From NCBI GenBank assembly GCA_964451605.1, contig CAYVJA010000002.1, positions 39,969-98,924 of the forward strand: 58,956 nucleotides of DNA. The letters run 5' to 3'. Positions 1-10,170 of the stretch are shown here, in pieces. Origin of the DNA: an uncultured Bacteroidales bacterium (GTDB lineage: Bacteria; Bacteroidota; Bacteroidia; Bacteroidales; UBA4181). Each line of letters begins with the position of its first letter. Position 1 is the first letter of the stretch. Position numbers and translations under genes: made by a program. The notes beneath the pieces were generated by a model. The model had not been told where the DNA came from. It was given only the letters and a program-made list of their open reading frames with translations, and ran no database searches.

Positions 1-588
1 AATGTGGTGATCCGGCTCAGAATAGACCGTTGTGTAGCGGCTTTGCGGCAGTGGCCGCCTTTGCAGGCAAAGTCCGATGCCGAAATGAATGCCATTATGG
101 CACTTCCTGTTTTCCACGATTTCGAAACCGGTAGCCTCTCGGAAGAGGCTTTCCGGAATGCTATCCGCTCCCTGCTGGGGGAGTGGCCGGTGAGCGATGA
201 AGAGATTGATAAGGCATGGAATAGCATGTTGGGCGAACTTCCCGTCGAAAACGAGCGGGTGCTGCAACAACTGGCTGCCCGGTATCGGCTCTTTCTGTTC
301 AGTAACACCAATTCCATTCACATGCGCTATTATGAAGCAAGGCTCCTGGAGGAGTTTGGCTATCCGGTGTTGAGAGAACGGTTCGAAAGATGTTTTTTTT
401 CGCACGAACTGCAGTCGCGGAAACCATCGGTTGAGGCCTTTCACAAAGTGATTGGGCAGGCCGGGGTCGATCCTGCAGAAACGCTCTTTATCGACGATCT
501 GCCTGCCAATGTGGAGGCAGCTGTACAATCCGGGATGTTTGGCCTCCGGTGGCAGGCAGGCAGAAATTTGACCGATCTGTTGGTGTGA
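1..588 (+). CDS. HAD-superfamily hydrolase (subfamily IA-like), 5' end cut by window edge
   Basis: The reading frame is open to position 1. C-terminal HAD motifs are present (LFLFSNTN, SRKPS, FIDDLPANVEAA), but the N-terminal DxD motif is absent, so the start lies upstream. Confidence 0.8.
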   Translation, partial: NVVIRLRIDRCVAALRQWPPLQAKSDAEMNAIMALPVFHDFETGSLSEEAFRNAIRSLLGEWPVSDEEIDKAWNSMLGELPVENERVLQQLAARYRLFLFSNTNSIHMRYYEARLLEEFGYPVLRERFERCFFSHELQSRKPSVEAFHKVIGQAGVDPAETLFIDDLPANVEAAVQSGMFGLRWQAGRNLTDLLV

Positions 589-625
589 TGGGCAGGAATA
601 GACACTATCTGCGCACGATTTTCGT

Positions 626-633
626 TACCTTTG
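626..633 (+). promoter_or_regulatory. Bacteroidota-type -7 box TAccTTTG upstream of the ArsC-family gene
   Basis: Matches the TAnnTTTG consensus and ends 19 nt before the ATG at 652. The -33 TTTG is only partial. Confidence 0.4.
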
Positions 634-651
634 CGGGCAGAAAGAGTTACG

Positions 652-1026
652 ATGTTGCGTATTTACCATAATCCCCGATGCCAAAAGAGCCGTGCTGGAT
701 TGCAGTTTCTGCAGTCGGCCCGTTTTGTGCCTGAGATTGTGGAGTATATGAAACGAGGGCTCACTCCCGATGAGGTGGCCCGCCTCTCCATGAAGTTGAA
801 TTTGCCTCCCGAAAAAATGGTGCGTACGCAGGATCCTCTCTACCAAACGGAGTTAAAGGGGAAGTCGTTTCTGCCGCATGAGTGGTTCCGGCTGATAGCC
901 GAGAATCCTTCACTATTGCAACGTCCTGTTATAGAAACAGATACTGTGGCTGTTATTGCCGTTCCCCCTGAGATGGCTCTCCCTCTGCTTAATGGTTATA
1001 CCGAAAATCAGAATTCCAACCTTTAA
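652..1026 (+). CDS. ArsC/Spx-family (YffB-like) thioredoxin-fold protein
   Basis: The N-terminus MLRIYHNPRCQKSRAGL is typical of the ArsC family. The ATG at 652 is preferred over the TTG at 631 used by the ORF track. Confidence 0.8.
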   Translation: MLRIYHNPRCQKSRAGLQFLQSARFVPEIVEYMKRGLTPDEVARLSMKLNLPPEKMVRTQDPLYQTELKGKSFLPHEWFRLIAENPSLLQRPVIETDTVAVIAVPPEMALPLLNGYTENQNSNL

Positions 1027-1038
1027 AACCTCCCTTAT

Positions 1039-2667
1039 ATGCCAACGCCTCCCTTTACCTACCAGGAGCCTTTCCCCATGGGAAAAGATCAGACCGAATA
1101 TTATCTTCTCACCCCCAACCATGTTTCGGTTAGTAACTTCGAGGGTCGCGAAATCCTCAATATCCAGCCGGAGGCTTTAACCATGCTGGCCAATGCCGCC
1201 TTTAGGGATGTGTCGTTTCTGTTGCGTCCCGAACACCAGAAACAGGTGGCAGCCATTCTGGATGATCCCGAAGCGAGTGAAAACGACAAATATGTTGCCC
1301 TAACTTTTTTACGCAATGCCGAAGTGGCTGCCAAAGGGGTATTGCCCTTTTGCCAGGATACCGGAACGGCCATCATTATGGGCAAAAAGGGAGAGAATGT
1401 CTATACGGGGTGTGACGATGCCGAGGCATTGTCGAAAGGGGTGTACAAAACCTACACCGAAGAGAACCTTCGCTATTCGCAGAATGCGCCCCTCGATATG
1501 TACAAGGAGGTGAACACCGGCTGCAACCTGCCGGCTCAAATAGATCTCTATGCCGTACCCGGCAACGAGTATAAATTTCTCTGTATCTCGAAAGGGGGCG
1601 GATCGGCCAATAAAACCTATCTCTACCAGGAGACAAAGGCGTTACTGACTCCGGGCAAACTGGAGGCTTTCCTGCTCGAAAAGATGAAGTCGCTGGGTAC
1701 TGCAGCCTGCCCTCCCTACCACATCGCATTTGTGATCGGGGGCACTTCGGCCGAGATGAACCTTAAAACCGTGAAGCTGGCTTCGGCCAAATATTACGAC
1801 AATCTGCCCGTTACCGGAAATGAGTGGGGCCGTGCCTTCCGCGATGTGGAGCTTGAAAAGAGAATGTTAAAAGCAGCGCAGGAGATTGGGCTCGGTGCAC
1901 AGTTCGGCGGCAAATATTTTGCCCACGATATCCGCATTATCCGTCTTCCGCGTCATGGCGCCTCTTGCCCCGTAGGGCTCGGAGTCTCTTGTTCGGCCGA
2001 CCGCAACATCAAGGCCAAAATCAACAAAGAGGGTATCTGGATTGAGAAACTCGAAGAGAACCCCGGCAGGTATATTCCCGAATCGCTCCGCAACGAAGGA
2101 GAAGGCAATGCAGTGAAAATTGATCTGAACCGGCCCATGAAGGAGTTGTTGGCCGAACTCGACAAATATCCTGTATCTACCCGTCTCTCCCTCACCGGAA
2201 CCATCGTGGTAGGTCGCGATATTGCCCATGCCAAGCTCAAAGAGAAGATCGATCGCGGCGAAGGTCTGCCCCAGTACGTAAAGGATCATCCCATTTACTA
2301 TGCCGGTCCGGCCAAGACCCCTGCAGGTATGCCTTCAGGTTCGTTCGGACCCACCACCGCCGGCCGTATGGATTCGTACGTCAACGAATTTCAGGCCAAC
2401 GGGGGTAGTATGATAATGATAGCCAAGGGGAACCGAAGCAAACAGGTTACCGAGGCCTGTGCAAAGTTTGGTGGCTTCTATCTGGGCAGCATTGGAGGTC
2501 CGGCCGCTATCCTGGCTCAAAATAACATCAAGAAGGTGGAGTGTCTCGAATTCCCGGAGTTGGGTATGGAGGCCATCTGGAAAATCGAGGTGGTCGACTT
2601 CCCGGCTTTTATTCTGGTCGACAACAAAGGGAACGACTTCTTCGAACAGATTAAGGTTTGCCGTTAG
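1039..2667 (+). CDS. class I (Fe-S) fumarate hydratase, single-chain
   Basis: 542 aa with the CQDTGTAI motif in the N-terminal catalytic part and a fused C-terminal beta-type domain. This length and layout are typical of FumA/FumB-type enzymes. Confidence 0.9.
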   Translation: MPTPPFTYQEPFPMGKDQTEYYLLTPNHVSVSNFEGREILNIQPEALTMLANAAFRDVSFLLRPEHQKQVAAILDDPEASENDKYVALTFLRNAEVAAKGVLPFCQDTGTAIIMGKKGENVYTGCDDAEALSKGVYKTYTEENLRYSQNAPLDMYKEVNTGCNLPAQIDLYAVPGNEYKFLCISKGGGSANKTYLYQETKALLTPGKLEAFLLEKMKSLGTAACPPYHIAFVIGGTSAEMNLKTVKLASAKYYDNLPVTGNEWGRAFRDVELEKRMLKAAQEIGLGAQFGGKYFAHDIRIIRLPRHGASCPVGLGVSCSADRNIKAKINKEGIWIEKLEENPGRYIPESLRNEGEGNAVKIDLNRPMKELLAELDKYPVSTRLSLTGTIVVGRDIAHAKLKEKIDRGEGLPQYVKDHPIYYAGPAKTPAGMPSGSFGPTTAGRMDSYVNEFQANGGSMIMIAKGNRSKQVTEACAKFGGFYLGSIGGPAAILAQNNIKKVECLEFPELGMEAIWKIEVVDFPAFILVDNKGNDFFEQIKVCR

Positions 2668-3248
2668 CCGTTTTTTCCCAGCACGTCGCTTCCAAACTGC
2701 ATACAGTCGGATCTTTTCAGCATATCGTATTCGGGAAAAGTTGCCATTGATTTCGCAGTTTCCGGGTCGAGCAACCGTTTGGTAATCCTTCCGTTGAACA
2801 CCTTCGACGGAAGGGTACCCGCTTCGCACAGGGCTGCAAGATGATTATCGATCAAGAGTTTGGTTTGCGCCGGGCCGGTAGGTTGCTGCATATTGCCACA
2901 TACAGCAAAAAGTCCGCGAAGTTTGGGTTTAATCTCTGCCTTATGCGCTTTGATGAACGCCTGCAGTTCGGGGGTGGTGACATTGCTGCGGATAGATCCT
3001 CCGATAATCAGATGGTCGAACCCACTCAGATTGGGTGCTTCACGCACATCGAACACCTGCGCAATTCCACCCATACCCTCTGAAATCCATACAGCCGCAT
3101 CGCGCGCACTGCCGCACCAGGTGCCGTACACAACAGCCCATTTTTTTTGAGAGGGCATGGGATAATACTCCAATCCCTTCATCTTACCGCCGACAAAGAG
3201 CGAGCCTGCCGCCGCCAGCGAACACCGTAAAAAAGTTTTGCGTTCCAT
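2664..3248 (-). CDS. flavodoxin-like domain protein with N-terminal signal-like segment
   Basis: Flavodoxin-fold signature [16 protein letters not shown]...LIIGGSIR. The ATG at 3248 ([18 protein letters not shown]) is preferred over the TTG at 3272. Its stop overlaps the fumarase stop (convergent genes). Confidence 0.7.
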   Translation of the reverse strand: MERKTFLRCSLAAAGSLFVGGKMKGLEYYPMPSQKKWAVVYGTWCGSARDAAVWISEGMGGIAQVFDVREAPNLSGFDHLIIGGSIRSNVTTPELQAFIKAHKAEIKPKLRGLFAVCGNMQQPTGPAQTKLLIDNHLAALCEAGTLPSKVFNGRITKRLLDPETAKSMATFPEYDMLKRSDCMQFGSDVLGKNG

Positions 3249-3328
3249 AGAGATTTGTAGTGAGTTAGACAAGTGGGGCTAAGATACAATCCCCCGAACA
3301 GAATCATCTGTTTTCGGGCGGAAAAATT

Positions 3329-3524
3329 GCGCGCAGCGCAATGCTCTAATGCTCTAATGCTCTAATGCTTTAATGCTCTAGTGCTCTAATGCTCTAGTGC
3401 TGCGCTTCGCACCTGATTGGATGTAACTACCTCTTCGACAAGATAAGTTTTGCGACCCATTTGCGCGAAGCGCAGCATTAAAGCACTCAAAGTGCGTTCG
3501 CACTTTGAAGCATTAGAGCATTAA
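3329..3524. repeat. Intergenic repeat copy A (octamer array + GC clamp + P module + inverted clamp/octamers)
   Basis: GCGCGCAGCGCA is followed by 7 tandem 8-mers (ATGCTCTA/GTGCTCTA, 3341-3396) and GTGCTGCGCTTCGCAC. Then come CCTGATTGGATGTAACTACCTCTTCGACA (3412-3440) and the inverted clamp GCGCGAAGCGCAGCA (3463-3477). The copy ends with the hairpin CAAAGTGCGttCGCACTTTG (3488-3507) and reverse octamers TTAGAGCAT. Confidence 0.9.
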
Positions 3525-3561
3525 ATTATTACCTTAGTATGTTTCAAACCCTCTCCTCACT

Positions 3562-6273
3562 ATGAGATCTTTTCTGTTTTTTGTGGCTTTGCTGCTATGT
3601 CCGGTTTTCCCGGTGCAGGGCGCTGAATTGCTTTCGGTTTATGAATTGCGGTGCGAAAACCGGATTAATCCGGTGGGTATTGATAAGACGACTCCCCGTT
3701 TCAGCTGGAAGTATAGCAGTTCGCAAAACGGTGCCGAGCAGAGTGCTTACCAGCTTATGGTGGCAACTGATTCGGCTTTGCTGGCAAAGGGTAAGCCCGA
3801 TCTCTGGGATTCAGGGAAGTGTAAATCGTCGGCTTCGCTGTGGGTTCCCTACGAAGGATTGCAGTTGGGTTCGGGGATGCCTCTCTATTGGAAGGTGAGG
3901 ATCTGGGATGGCCGCGGAAAGGTTTCGGCATGGAGCCCTGTTGCGCAATGCAGCGTCGGGTTACTTTCCGAGACGGATTGGGGTAGCGCTTCGTACATTG
4001 GTTTTCCTACTGAGGCGGGGTATCGTGAGGCGCCTCAGGTTAAGCAGTTGTTTCGGGTGGAGAAACCAGGCGGAAGGCTCTTTCTGTACGTGAACTCTTT
4101 AGGGTATCATGAGGCCTATATCAATGGCCGGAAGGTGGGAGAGGGGGTGCTGGCTCCCGCGGTTTCGCAGTTTACGAAACGTTCGTATGTGGTGGCGTAC
4201 GACATTACTCCGCTGGTAAAACCGGGCGACAACCAACTGATGTTGTGGCTGGGGAGTGGCTGGTATACCGAGAGCTTCCCCGGGGTGGTGCACAATGGCC
4301 CCTTGGTCAGGGCGCAGATAGAGCAGGTATCGGGTTCGCAACGTGAGCTGTTGGTGGCTACCGACGCTTCATGGAGAGGCCGTAAGAGTAGCTATACCCG
4401 GCAGGGCAATTGGCGCTACGAGGCATTGGGGGGTGAAACTCTTGATGGCCGGATGGCACAGACCGACCTGCTCCCTGAGGGGGCTCAAGGCAGAGAGTGG
4501 CTCCCTGTAACCGTGGTTTCGGTGCCCAGGCATGAGGCCTCTATGCAGCGGACAGAACAGAATCTGATTACCGAGACCCTTTCGCCGGTAAAGATTACGG
4601 CTGTCGGAAAAGACACCTTCCTGGTAGATATGGGCAAGTGTCTTACCGGATGGGCCGATATCCGATTCCCGAGGCTGCAGAAATCGCAGCAGGTGGTGCT
4701 GGAGTTTGGCGATATCCTCGGTAAAAATGGTCGATTGGATCATCACAAACAGATTGATCGCTATGTAGCCGCCGGAAGCGGAAGCGAACGGTTTGTCAAT
4801 AAGTTTAACTATCACGGATTTCGCTATATCCGGATTATCAATCTGAAGGAGGCTCCGTCGGCCGACTCCATCAAGGCCTTCCTGATCCGTACCGGGTTCG
4901 AAACTGCCTCATCCTTTGCCTGTTCTGATCCGGATTTGAATCGTATCCACGACATGGTATCCTATACGCTTCAGTGTCTCAGTATGGGAGGGGTTATGGT
5001 CGACTGTCCCACCATTGAACGGTTGGGCTATGGCGGCGACGGTAACGCCTCGACCGAAACGGCTCAGACCCTGTTTAACCTCAATCCGATGTACCACGAC
5101 TGGTTACAGGCGTGGGCCGATTGTCTCCGCGACGACGGAGGGATGCCGCATACCGCCCCCAATCCCTATCCGGCCGGCGGAGGTCCCTATTGGTGTGGCT
5201 TTATCATTACGGCCTCATGGCGAACCTACCTCCATTACGGTGATTCCGAGATTTTGGAGAAGTTTTACCCGGCCATGCAGAAGTGGTTGGGATATGCCGC
5301 TGCCTATTGGGGCGACGGGCTGTTGAAGGGCTGGCCCGAAACCGACTACCGTACCTGGTATCTGGGCGACTGGGCTACTCCGCGGGGTGTGAATCAAATG
5401 GATCCGGCTTCGGTGGGATTGGTGAACAACTGCTTTATGGCGGTCTGTTTCGACAATATGCAAAAAATTGCCGGGGTGCTGGGTAAAACAGACGATGCAG
5501 CGCGCTATGCCCAACAAAAGTCGGATATCCAAAAACAGATTCATCTCCGCTTTTTCGATGCCCCAAAAGGGAGTTACGGAACCGGTTCGCAGATCGATTT
5601 TGCCTATCCGCTGCTGTCGGGCGTGGTACCCGCAGAGTTACGCAACGAGGTAACTTCGCGCTTTAAAGAGGCTACCGAAACCACCTGGCGAGGCCATCTC
5701 ACCACCGGCCTGGTGGGGGTTCCTGTACTAACGGAGTGGGCGGTAAAGAACAGTGCGGCCGATTTTATGTACAACATGCTGAAAAAGCGCGACTATCCCG
5801 GTTACCTCTATATGATAGACAATGGAGCCACTACCACCTGGGAGCATTGGGACGGAGCCCGAAGCTGGATTCATAACTGCTACAACGGGATAGGTTCATG
5901 GTTTTATCAGGCCCCGGGAGGCATTCAACCCGTTGAAGAGGGGCCTGCCTTCCGGCAGATTCGGATCGAACCGCAAATACCGAAAGGGGTTACCTGGGCC
6001 AAAACCCGGAAGGAGACCCCTTACGGAACCCTTGTAGTAAACTGGACCCTGGAAAATGGGGAGATAGAACTCTCGCTTCAGATTCCCTTTGGGAGTTGTG
6101 CCGAAGTGATGTTGCCTGCTGGCGTGAATCAGTACACATTAAACGGCAAATCCAGGCGAGTTGGTAGCAATCGCGGAACGGAAAACGTGGAGGAAAATCT
6201 ACAGGGTGTTGCGTTGAAGGGAGGGAAGTACACACTGCGCGTCAGCGCATCAGAGCGCGAAGCGCAGCACTAG
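3562..6273 (+). CDS. alpha-L-rhamnosidase (GH78), secreted
   Basis: 903 aa with a signal peptide. The N-terminus (LRCENRINPVGIDKTTPRFSWK) is GH78-like, with a six-hairpin catalytic region. The last ~6-10 codons (…REAQH*) run into repeat copy B. Confidence 0.88.
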   Translation: MRSFLFFVALLLCPVFPVQGAELLSVYELRCENRINPVGIDKTTPRFSWKYSSSQNGAEQSAYQLMVATDSALLAKGKPDLWDSGKCKSSASLWVPYEGLQLGSGMPLYWKVRIWDGRGKVSAWSPVAQCSVGLLSETDWGSASYIGFPTEAGYREAPQVKQLFRVEKPGGRLFLYVNSLGYHEAYINGRKVGEGVLAPAVSQFTKRSYVVAYDITPLVKPGDNQLMLWLGSGWYTESFPGVVHNGPLVRAQIEQVSGSQRELLVATDASWRGRKSSYTRQGNWRYEALGGETLDGRMAQTDLLPEGAQGREWLPVTVVSVPRHEASMQRTEQNLITETLSPVKITAVGKDTFLVDMGKCLTGWADIRFPRLQKSQQVVLEFGDILGKNGRLDHHKQIDRYVAAGSGSERFVNKFNYHGFRYIRIINLKEAPSADSIKAFLIRTGFETASSFACSDPDLNRIHDMVSYTLQCLSMGGVMVDCPTIERLGYGGDGNASTETAQTLFNLNPMYHDWLQAWADCLRDDGGMPHTAPNPYPAGGGPYWCGFIITASWRTYLHYGDSEILEKFYPAMQKWLGYAAAYWGDGLLKGWPETDYRTWYLGDWATPRGVNQMDPASVGLVNNCFMAVCFDNMQKIAGVLGKTDDAARYAQQKSDIQKQIHLRFFDAPKGSYGTGSQIDFAYPLLSGVVPAELRNEVTSRFKEATETTWRGHLTTGLVGVPVLTEWAVKNSAADFMYNMLKKRDYPGYLYMIDNGATTTWEHWDGARSWIHNCYNGIGSWFYQAPGGIQPVEEGPAFRQIRIEPQIPKGVTWAKTRKETPYGTLVVNWTLENGEIELSLQIPFGSCAEVMLPAGVNQYTLNGKSRRVGSNRGTENVEENLQGVALKGGKYTLRVSASEREAQH

Positions 6274-6341
6274 AGCACTTGAAGCGCCATAGCGCTTCGA
6301 AGCATTAGAGCACTAATTAACCATTAACCATTCACCATTTG
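6244..6341. repeat. Intergenic repeat copy B
   Basis: Reads GCGCGAAGCGCAGCAC, TAGAGCAC, hairpin GAAGCGCcataGCGCTTC (6281-6298), TTAGAGCAC, then TAATTAACCATTAACCATTCACCATT. It is oriented with the minus-strand kinase gene and overlaps both convergent stop codons. Confidence 0.9.
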
Positions 6342-8633
6342 TTTTGAGTCTGCTTTGGTAAGTTGCTCCCTGATCCGTGCAACCAGCAGCTCGGACGAGA
6401 AGGGTTTGCTGATATAGTCGGAGAAGCCCAGTTGATGTACTCTTTGCTCCTCTTCGTTATGCGCATAGGCCGTAATGGCAATAATCGGCATATCGGGCCT
6501 TTCGGCGCGAATGATCTGAGTGGCTTCGAAACCATCCATCACCGGCATACGAATATCCATCAGAATCAGGTTTATCTCCGGGTGTTTTTGAGCCAGCTCA
6601 ACCGCTATTTTCCCGTTTTCGGCACGCAGAATGTTCAGACTCAGACGGCTGAGAAGCTCTTTTATCAGGAGGTAATTGAGATCTTCGTCTTCGGCTACAA
6701 GAATGGTAGTCGATTGAAAGAGGGAGAGTTCGCGAACCGGTGCTTTCAACTTTTGAATCTCAGAAACAGGAGGCATGCGGAAAGGAATCGATACCTTAAA
6801 GAGCGATCCCTCGCCGGGCGATGAGACCACCCTGATACTGCCTCCCATCAGTTCGACATACGCTTTCGAAATGGCCAGGCCAAGACCCGAACCTCCATAT
6901 TCGCGGTTGAGAGAGGCCTCTGCCTGCCTGAATTTCTGGAAGATGGCTTCCTGAGCGTCTATCGGGATCCCGATTCCGGAATCGAGAACAAAAAATTCGA
7001 CCATTTCGCCATCCAAATCATATCCAAATTTGATCGAACCACTTTTGGTAAACTTGAAGGCATTATGGAGCAGGTTATGCATTATCTGGTAGAGCTTTGC
7101 CTCATCGACCATGAGTTTTGCAGCTTCGTCAGGAAGTCCTTTATGCAATTCGAAAGTCAGATGTCTGTGCTGTGCCTGCTTTTCGAAGTTGTTATACAAC
7201 ACCTGCATACTGCTGTTTATATTCACCAACGATTGGTGCAGACTCAGTTCTTCGGCCTCGATGGTGGCCATGTTAATCATATCGGAGATGATGGAAAGAA
7301 GATCTTGTCCGCTTTCAATAATGGTGTCGGCAAAGCTTTTTATTTTGTCGGGAGTGAGGTCGGGATTGTCGAGAAGGCGGGCAAAACCCATAATGGCATT
7401 CATGGGGGTGCGTACTTCGTGCGAGAGATTGTGCAGAAAGGCCGATTTGAGCCGATCGCTCTCTTCGGCTTTCTCTTTGGCTGCAATAAAGCCGTCGAGG
7501 AGCCGTTTCCGATCGGTCACATCCTCCATGGTGAGAATGTAGTTGGTGAGTTTTCCACCCGTATCCATCAGCGGATTGATTGATACCAACTGCCAGAAAA
7601 TTTCTCCGTCTTTGGTCCGGTTTTCTATCTCGCCTCTCCAGGTAAGCCCGCTTCGCAATGCTTCCCACATGGCCCGGAAAGCCTCTTCGTTAACATGGCC
7701 CGGATTAAAAATCCGGGGTGGTTTCCCAATCAGCTCTTCGAGGGAATAATGGGTAAAGTCGGAGAAGGTTTTGTTCACAAATTCAACCCGACCTTCCGCA
7801 TCCGTAATCATAATCGAGGCGGGATTTTGTTCTACAGCACGCGATAATACGCGCCACTTCTTCTCGGCCTCCCGTTTTTCGGTAATGTCGGTGATAAATC
7901 CTTCCAGAAAGATCAGATCGTTGTTGTTTTGGCCAAAGATGCCGCGACCCCGCTCCCAGACCCAGCGAATCGTGCCGTCTTTCCGGACAATCCGATATTC
8001 CGATTCGAACGTCTCCTTAAATCGCAACACCTCTTCCCAGTGGGTGAAGAGATATTCGCGGTCGTCGGGATGAATGATATCATTGAAAGAGCGCTCTCTG
8101 TTCTGTACTATCTCTTGGGGCCGATACCCGGTAATCTCGCCAAACCCCTGACTGACATAGTGCATAGTCCAGCTCTGGTCGGCAGCGCATCGATAGACAA
8201 AACCGGGCAGGTTTTGGATCAGTCGGCTCAAGGTGGCTTCGCTTTTAAGGGGTAAAGAGGGTGTGTCGTTTGGAGCGGGCTCAACGTAGTTAACCTGCTG
8301 AGTCGGAATCGGCGATTCGGAGTCTAAAAGAAGTTCGCGGTGCAGTTTGTCGAGCAGGATTCCCACCAGTTGCGAAGCATTTCTTACCGGACCATACCAA
8401 TCCTGACTGAAATCGGCCTCCCGGCTGAAGTGAAGAAAGCCAAAGGCGTAGCCTTCTGCCGAAACCGGCAGATTGGGAAGAGGGGGTTGCTTTCCGGCAG
8501 GAATCCAGGAGAACCGGAGAGAGGGCAGGTAACTGTTTAGCCGGGTCACAAATTGCTGAACCAACTCATTAGGGTCGCGAATCAGCGAAAGAGAAACCGT
8601 AAGTTGCAGGATGCTGTTTGCCAGATGGGTCAT
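6324..8633 (-). CDS. hybrid sensor histidine kinase/response regulator with PAS domains
   Basis: PAS/PAC repeats, HisKA H-box (LSHEVRTPMN), HATPase_c (GSGLGLAISK) and a C-terminal receiver (ILVAEDEDLN…MDIRMPVMDG). Confidence 0.9.
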   Translation of the reverse strand: MTHLANSILQLTVSLSLIRDPNELVQQFVTRLNSYLPSLRFSWIPAGKQPPLPNLPVSAEGYAFGFLHFSREADFSQDWYGPVRNASQLVGILLDKLHRELLLDSESPIPTQQVNYVEPAPNDTPSLPLKSEATLSRLIQNLPGFVYRCAADQSWTMHYVSQGFGEITGYRPQEIVQNRERSFNDIIHPDDREYLFTHWEEVLRFKETFESEYRIVRKDGTIRWVWERGRGIFGQNNNDLIFLEGFITDITEKREAEKKWRVLSRAVEQNPASIMITDAEGRVEFVNKTFSDFTHYSLEELIGKPPRIFNPGHVNEEAFRAMWEALRSGLTWRGEIENRTKDGEIFWQLVSINPLMDTGGKLTNYILTMEDVTDRKRLLDGFIAAKEKAEESDRLKSAFLHNLSHEVRTPMNAIMGFARLLDNPDLTPDKIKSFADTIIESGQDLLSIISDMINMATIEAEELSLHQSLVNINSSMQVLYNNFEKQAQHRHLTFELHKGLPDEAAKLMVDEAKLYQIMHNLLHNAFKFTKSGSIKFGYDLDGEMVEFFVLDSGIGIPIDAQEAIFQKFRQAEASLNREYGGSGLGLAISKAYVELMGGSIRVVSSPGEGSLFKVSIPFRMPPVSEIQKLKAPVRELSLFQSTTILVAEDEDLNYLLIKELLSRLSLNILRAENGKIAVELAQKHPEINLILMDIRMPVMDGFEATQIIRAERPDMPIIAITAYAHNEEEQRVHQLGFSDYISKPFSSELLVARIREQLTKADSKQMVNG

Positions 8634-8738
8634 ATGCCTCTACGCTTCGCGGTGATTGCCATTTACGGGGTAGGCTGGTTTTAGGCAGCCTGAAAGTAAA
8701 GATAGCGTAATTTTTTGCGATATTGACAACCCGAAAGG

Positions 8739-10010
8739 CTATTGTTCGATGGGTTGGTAAGGAATTTTACACCAGAATCGGGATCCGACACCCAGTTGCG
8801 ATGAGGCGCCAATGGTTCCCTGCATCTTCTCTATGATGCTTTTGCAGATGGCAAGCCCTAGTCCGGTTCCGGTGAAGTCGGTATTGAGACGAACATAGGG
8901 ATTAAAAATGGTCTCCAGTTCGGCCTGAGGAATGCCGATTCCGGAGTCTTCTACATACAATTCGAGCATCGACCCATCCATTTGCCAGCCCATCCGAATC
9001 ACTCCCACAGAGGTGAATTTCAATGCGTTATTCAGGAAGTTCCCAATCATCTGCATGAGTCGGTTGGGATCTGTAAGAATATAACAGACGGGAAGAGCAG
9101 GGAGAAAATCTATCACAACGTGACGTCCTAATTTACTGTTTGCCGATTCGATGAGGGTGGTAAAACAGTCGTTGAGATTGGTAATGGTGTTGCGAAAAGA
9201 TATAGTGCCAGCCTCTATTTTCGAGAGATCGAGGATATCTGAGATAAGCTGTAACAAAAGCTCGTTATTTTTCTCGATGATGGAAAAATACTTTAGTCTT
9301 TCAGTTATTTCGTCGGTTTCGGCAAGTAGTTTCGAGAAGCCTACTATGGCATTAAGGGGGGTTCGGATGTCGTGGCTCATGTTGGCCAAAAAGGCCATTT
9401 TTCTGCGTGCCGATGATTCGGTTTCGAGAAGCTTTTTCTGTAAACTTCTGTTAACGCGGTTCTGAAGCTGGCAGGTAAACAACGGCATAGTGCCGCGGTA
9501 GTATTCTAAGAGTTCAACCTGCGATTTTCGGCCTGTATATCCATGCGACTCCATGCAGATCACACCCCATAGTTGCGTGGTATTCCACAGATAGAGCATG
9601 ACGGAGTGAGTGTTACCATCGGATTTCTTGTCGGGAAGGCTCTTTGAGAAGGGAAGCCGCGAATGAATAAGCAAGGAGTGGTTTATACCGCGTCCTCCTC
9701 CCTGTATACGGAGGCGGTGTAAGGGAACCGAAGGTAGTAAAGGGGGGAGCGGGGATTTCGAAAAGTCGCCGGTCTCGGCACACAACACCATCTCCTTTTC
9801 GTCCGAAGCGTAGCGGTAGAAGCTTACCCTTTCGGTCTGAAAAATTTCCCGAAGCAATCGAAGCAGCGACTCATCGATCATCTCCGGGCTGCACTCCTCC
9901 AGAAGTTGTTGCAGGCACTTCGAGAATGAAACGGTAATTTCGTCGGGTCCGGATATTCCCATATCGGCAGCCCTTATCTCCTCGTCGGCCTGTGGCCTTA
10001 ACGTGTTCAT
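8739..10010 (-). CDS. sensor histidine kinase (GAF-like N-terminus)
   Basis: H-box MSHDIRTPLN, G-boxes (GIGIP, GTGLGLAICK), and no receiver domain. Confidence 0.88.
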   Translation of the reverse strand: MNTLRPQADEEIRAADMGISGPDEITVSFSKCLQQLLEECSPEMIDESLLRLLREIFQTERVSFYRYASDEKEMVLCAETGDFSKSPLPPLLPSVPLHRLRIQGGGRGINHSLLIHSRLPFSKSLPDKKSDGNTHSVMLYLWNTTQLWGVICMESHGYTGRKSQVELLEYYRGTMPLFTCQLQNRVNRSLQKKLLETESSARRKMAFLANMSHDIRTPLNAIVGFSKLLAETDEITERLKYFSIIEKNNELLLQLISDILDLSKIEAGTISFRNTITNLNDCFTTLIESANSKLGRHVVIDFLPALPVCYILTDPNRLMQMIGNFLNNALKFTSVGVIRMGWQMDGSMLELYVEDSGIGIPQAELETIFNPYVRLNTDFTGTGLGLAICKSIIEKMQGTIGASSQLGVGSRFWCKIPYQPIEQ

Positions 10011-10111
10011 CTGTACATTCGAATACCTTTAGGTTCGAAAAAATTACGTCCGAAATCGCATCAAAACACAGATGTAATTTTCTTTTGAATTAATCTGGCA
10101 AATGCCAATAA

Positions 10112-10150
10112 AAAAGAGGGTTTTCCTGTAGGCAGGAAAACCCTCTTTTT
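10112..10150 (-). terminator. Rho-independent terminator downstream of the ferredoxin gene
   Basis: AAAAGAGGGTTTTCCTG-tagg-CAGGAAAACCCTCTTTT. The stem is perfect and flanked by A/T runs, so it could act in either direction. Confidence 0.8.
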
Positions 10151-10170
10151 GCATAGATGAGCACGGTTCC

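Noticed and set aside
2664-2667. Overlapping convergent stop codons (fumarase/flavodoxin-like at 2664-2667; hypothetical/cls at 28196-28199)
   Set aside because: This is ordinary compact gene packing and not informative on its own.
3341-3404. Tandem repeat arrays as a CRISPR array or as a coding peptide repeat
   Set aside because: The period is 8 nt with no spacers, so it is not CRISPR. Eight is not a multiple of 3 and every frame on both strands hits stops, so it cannot encode a repeat protein.
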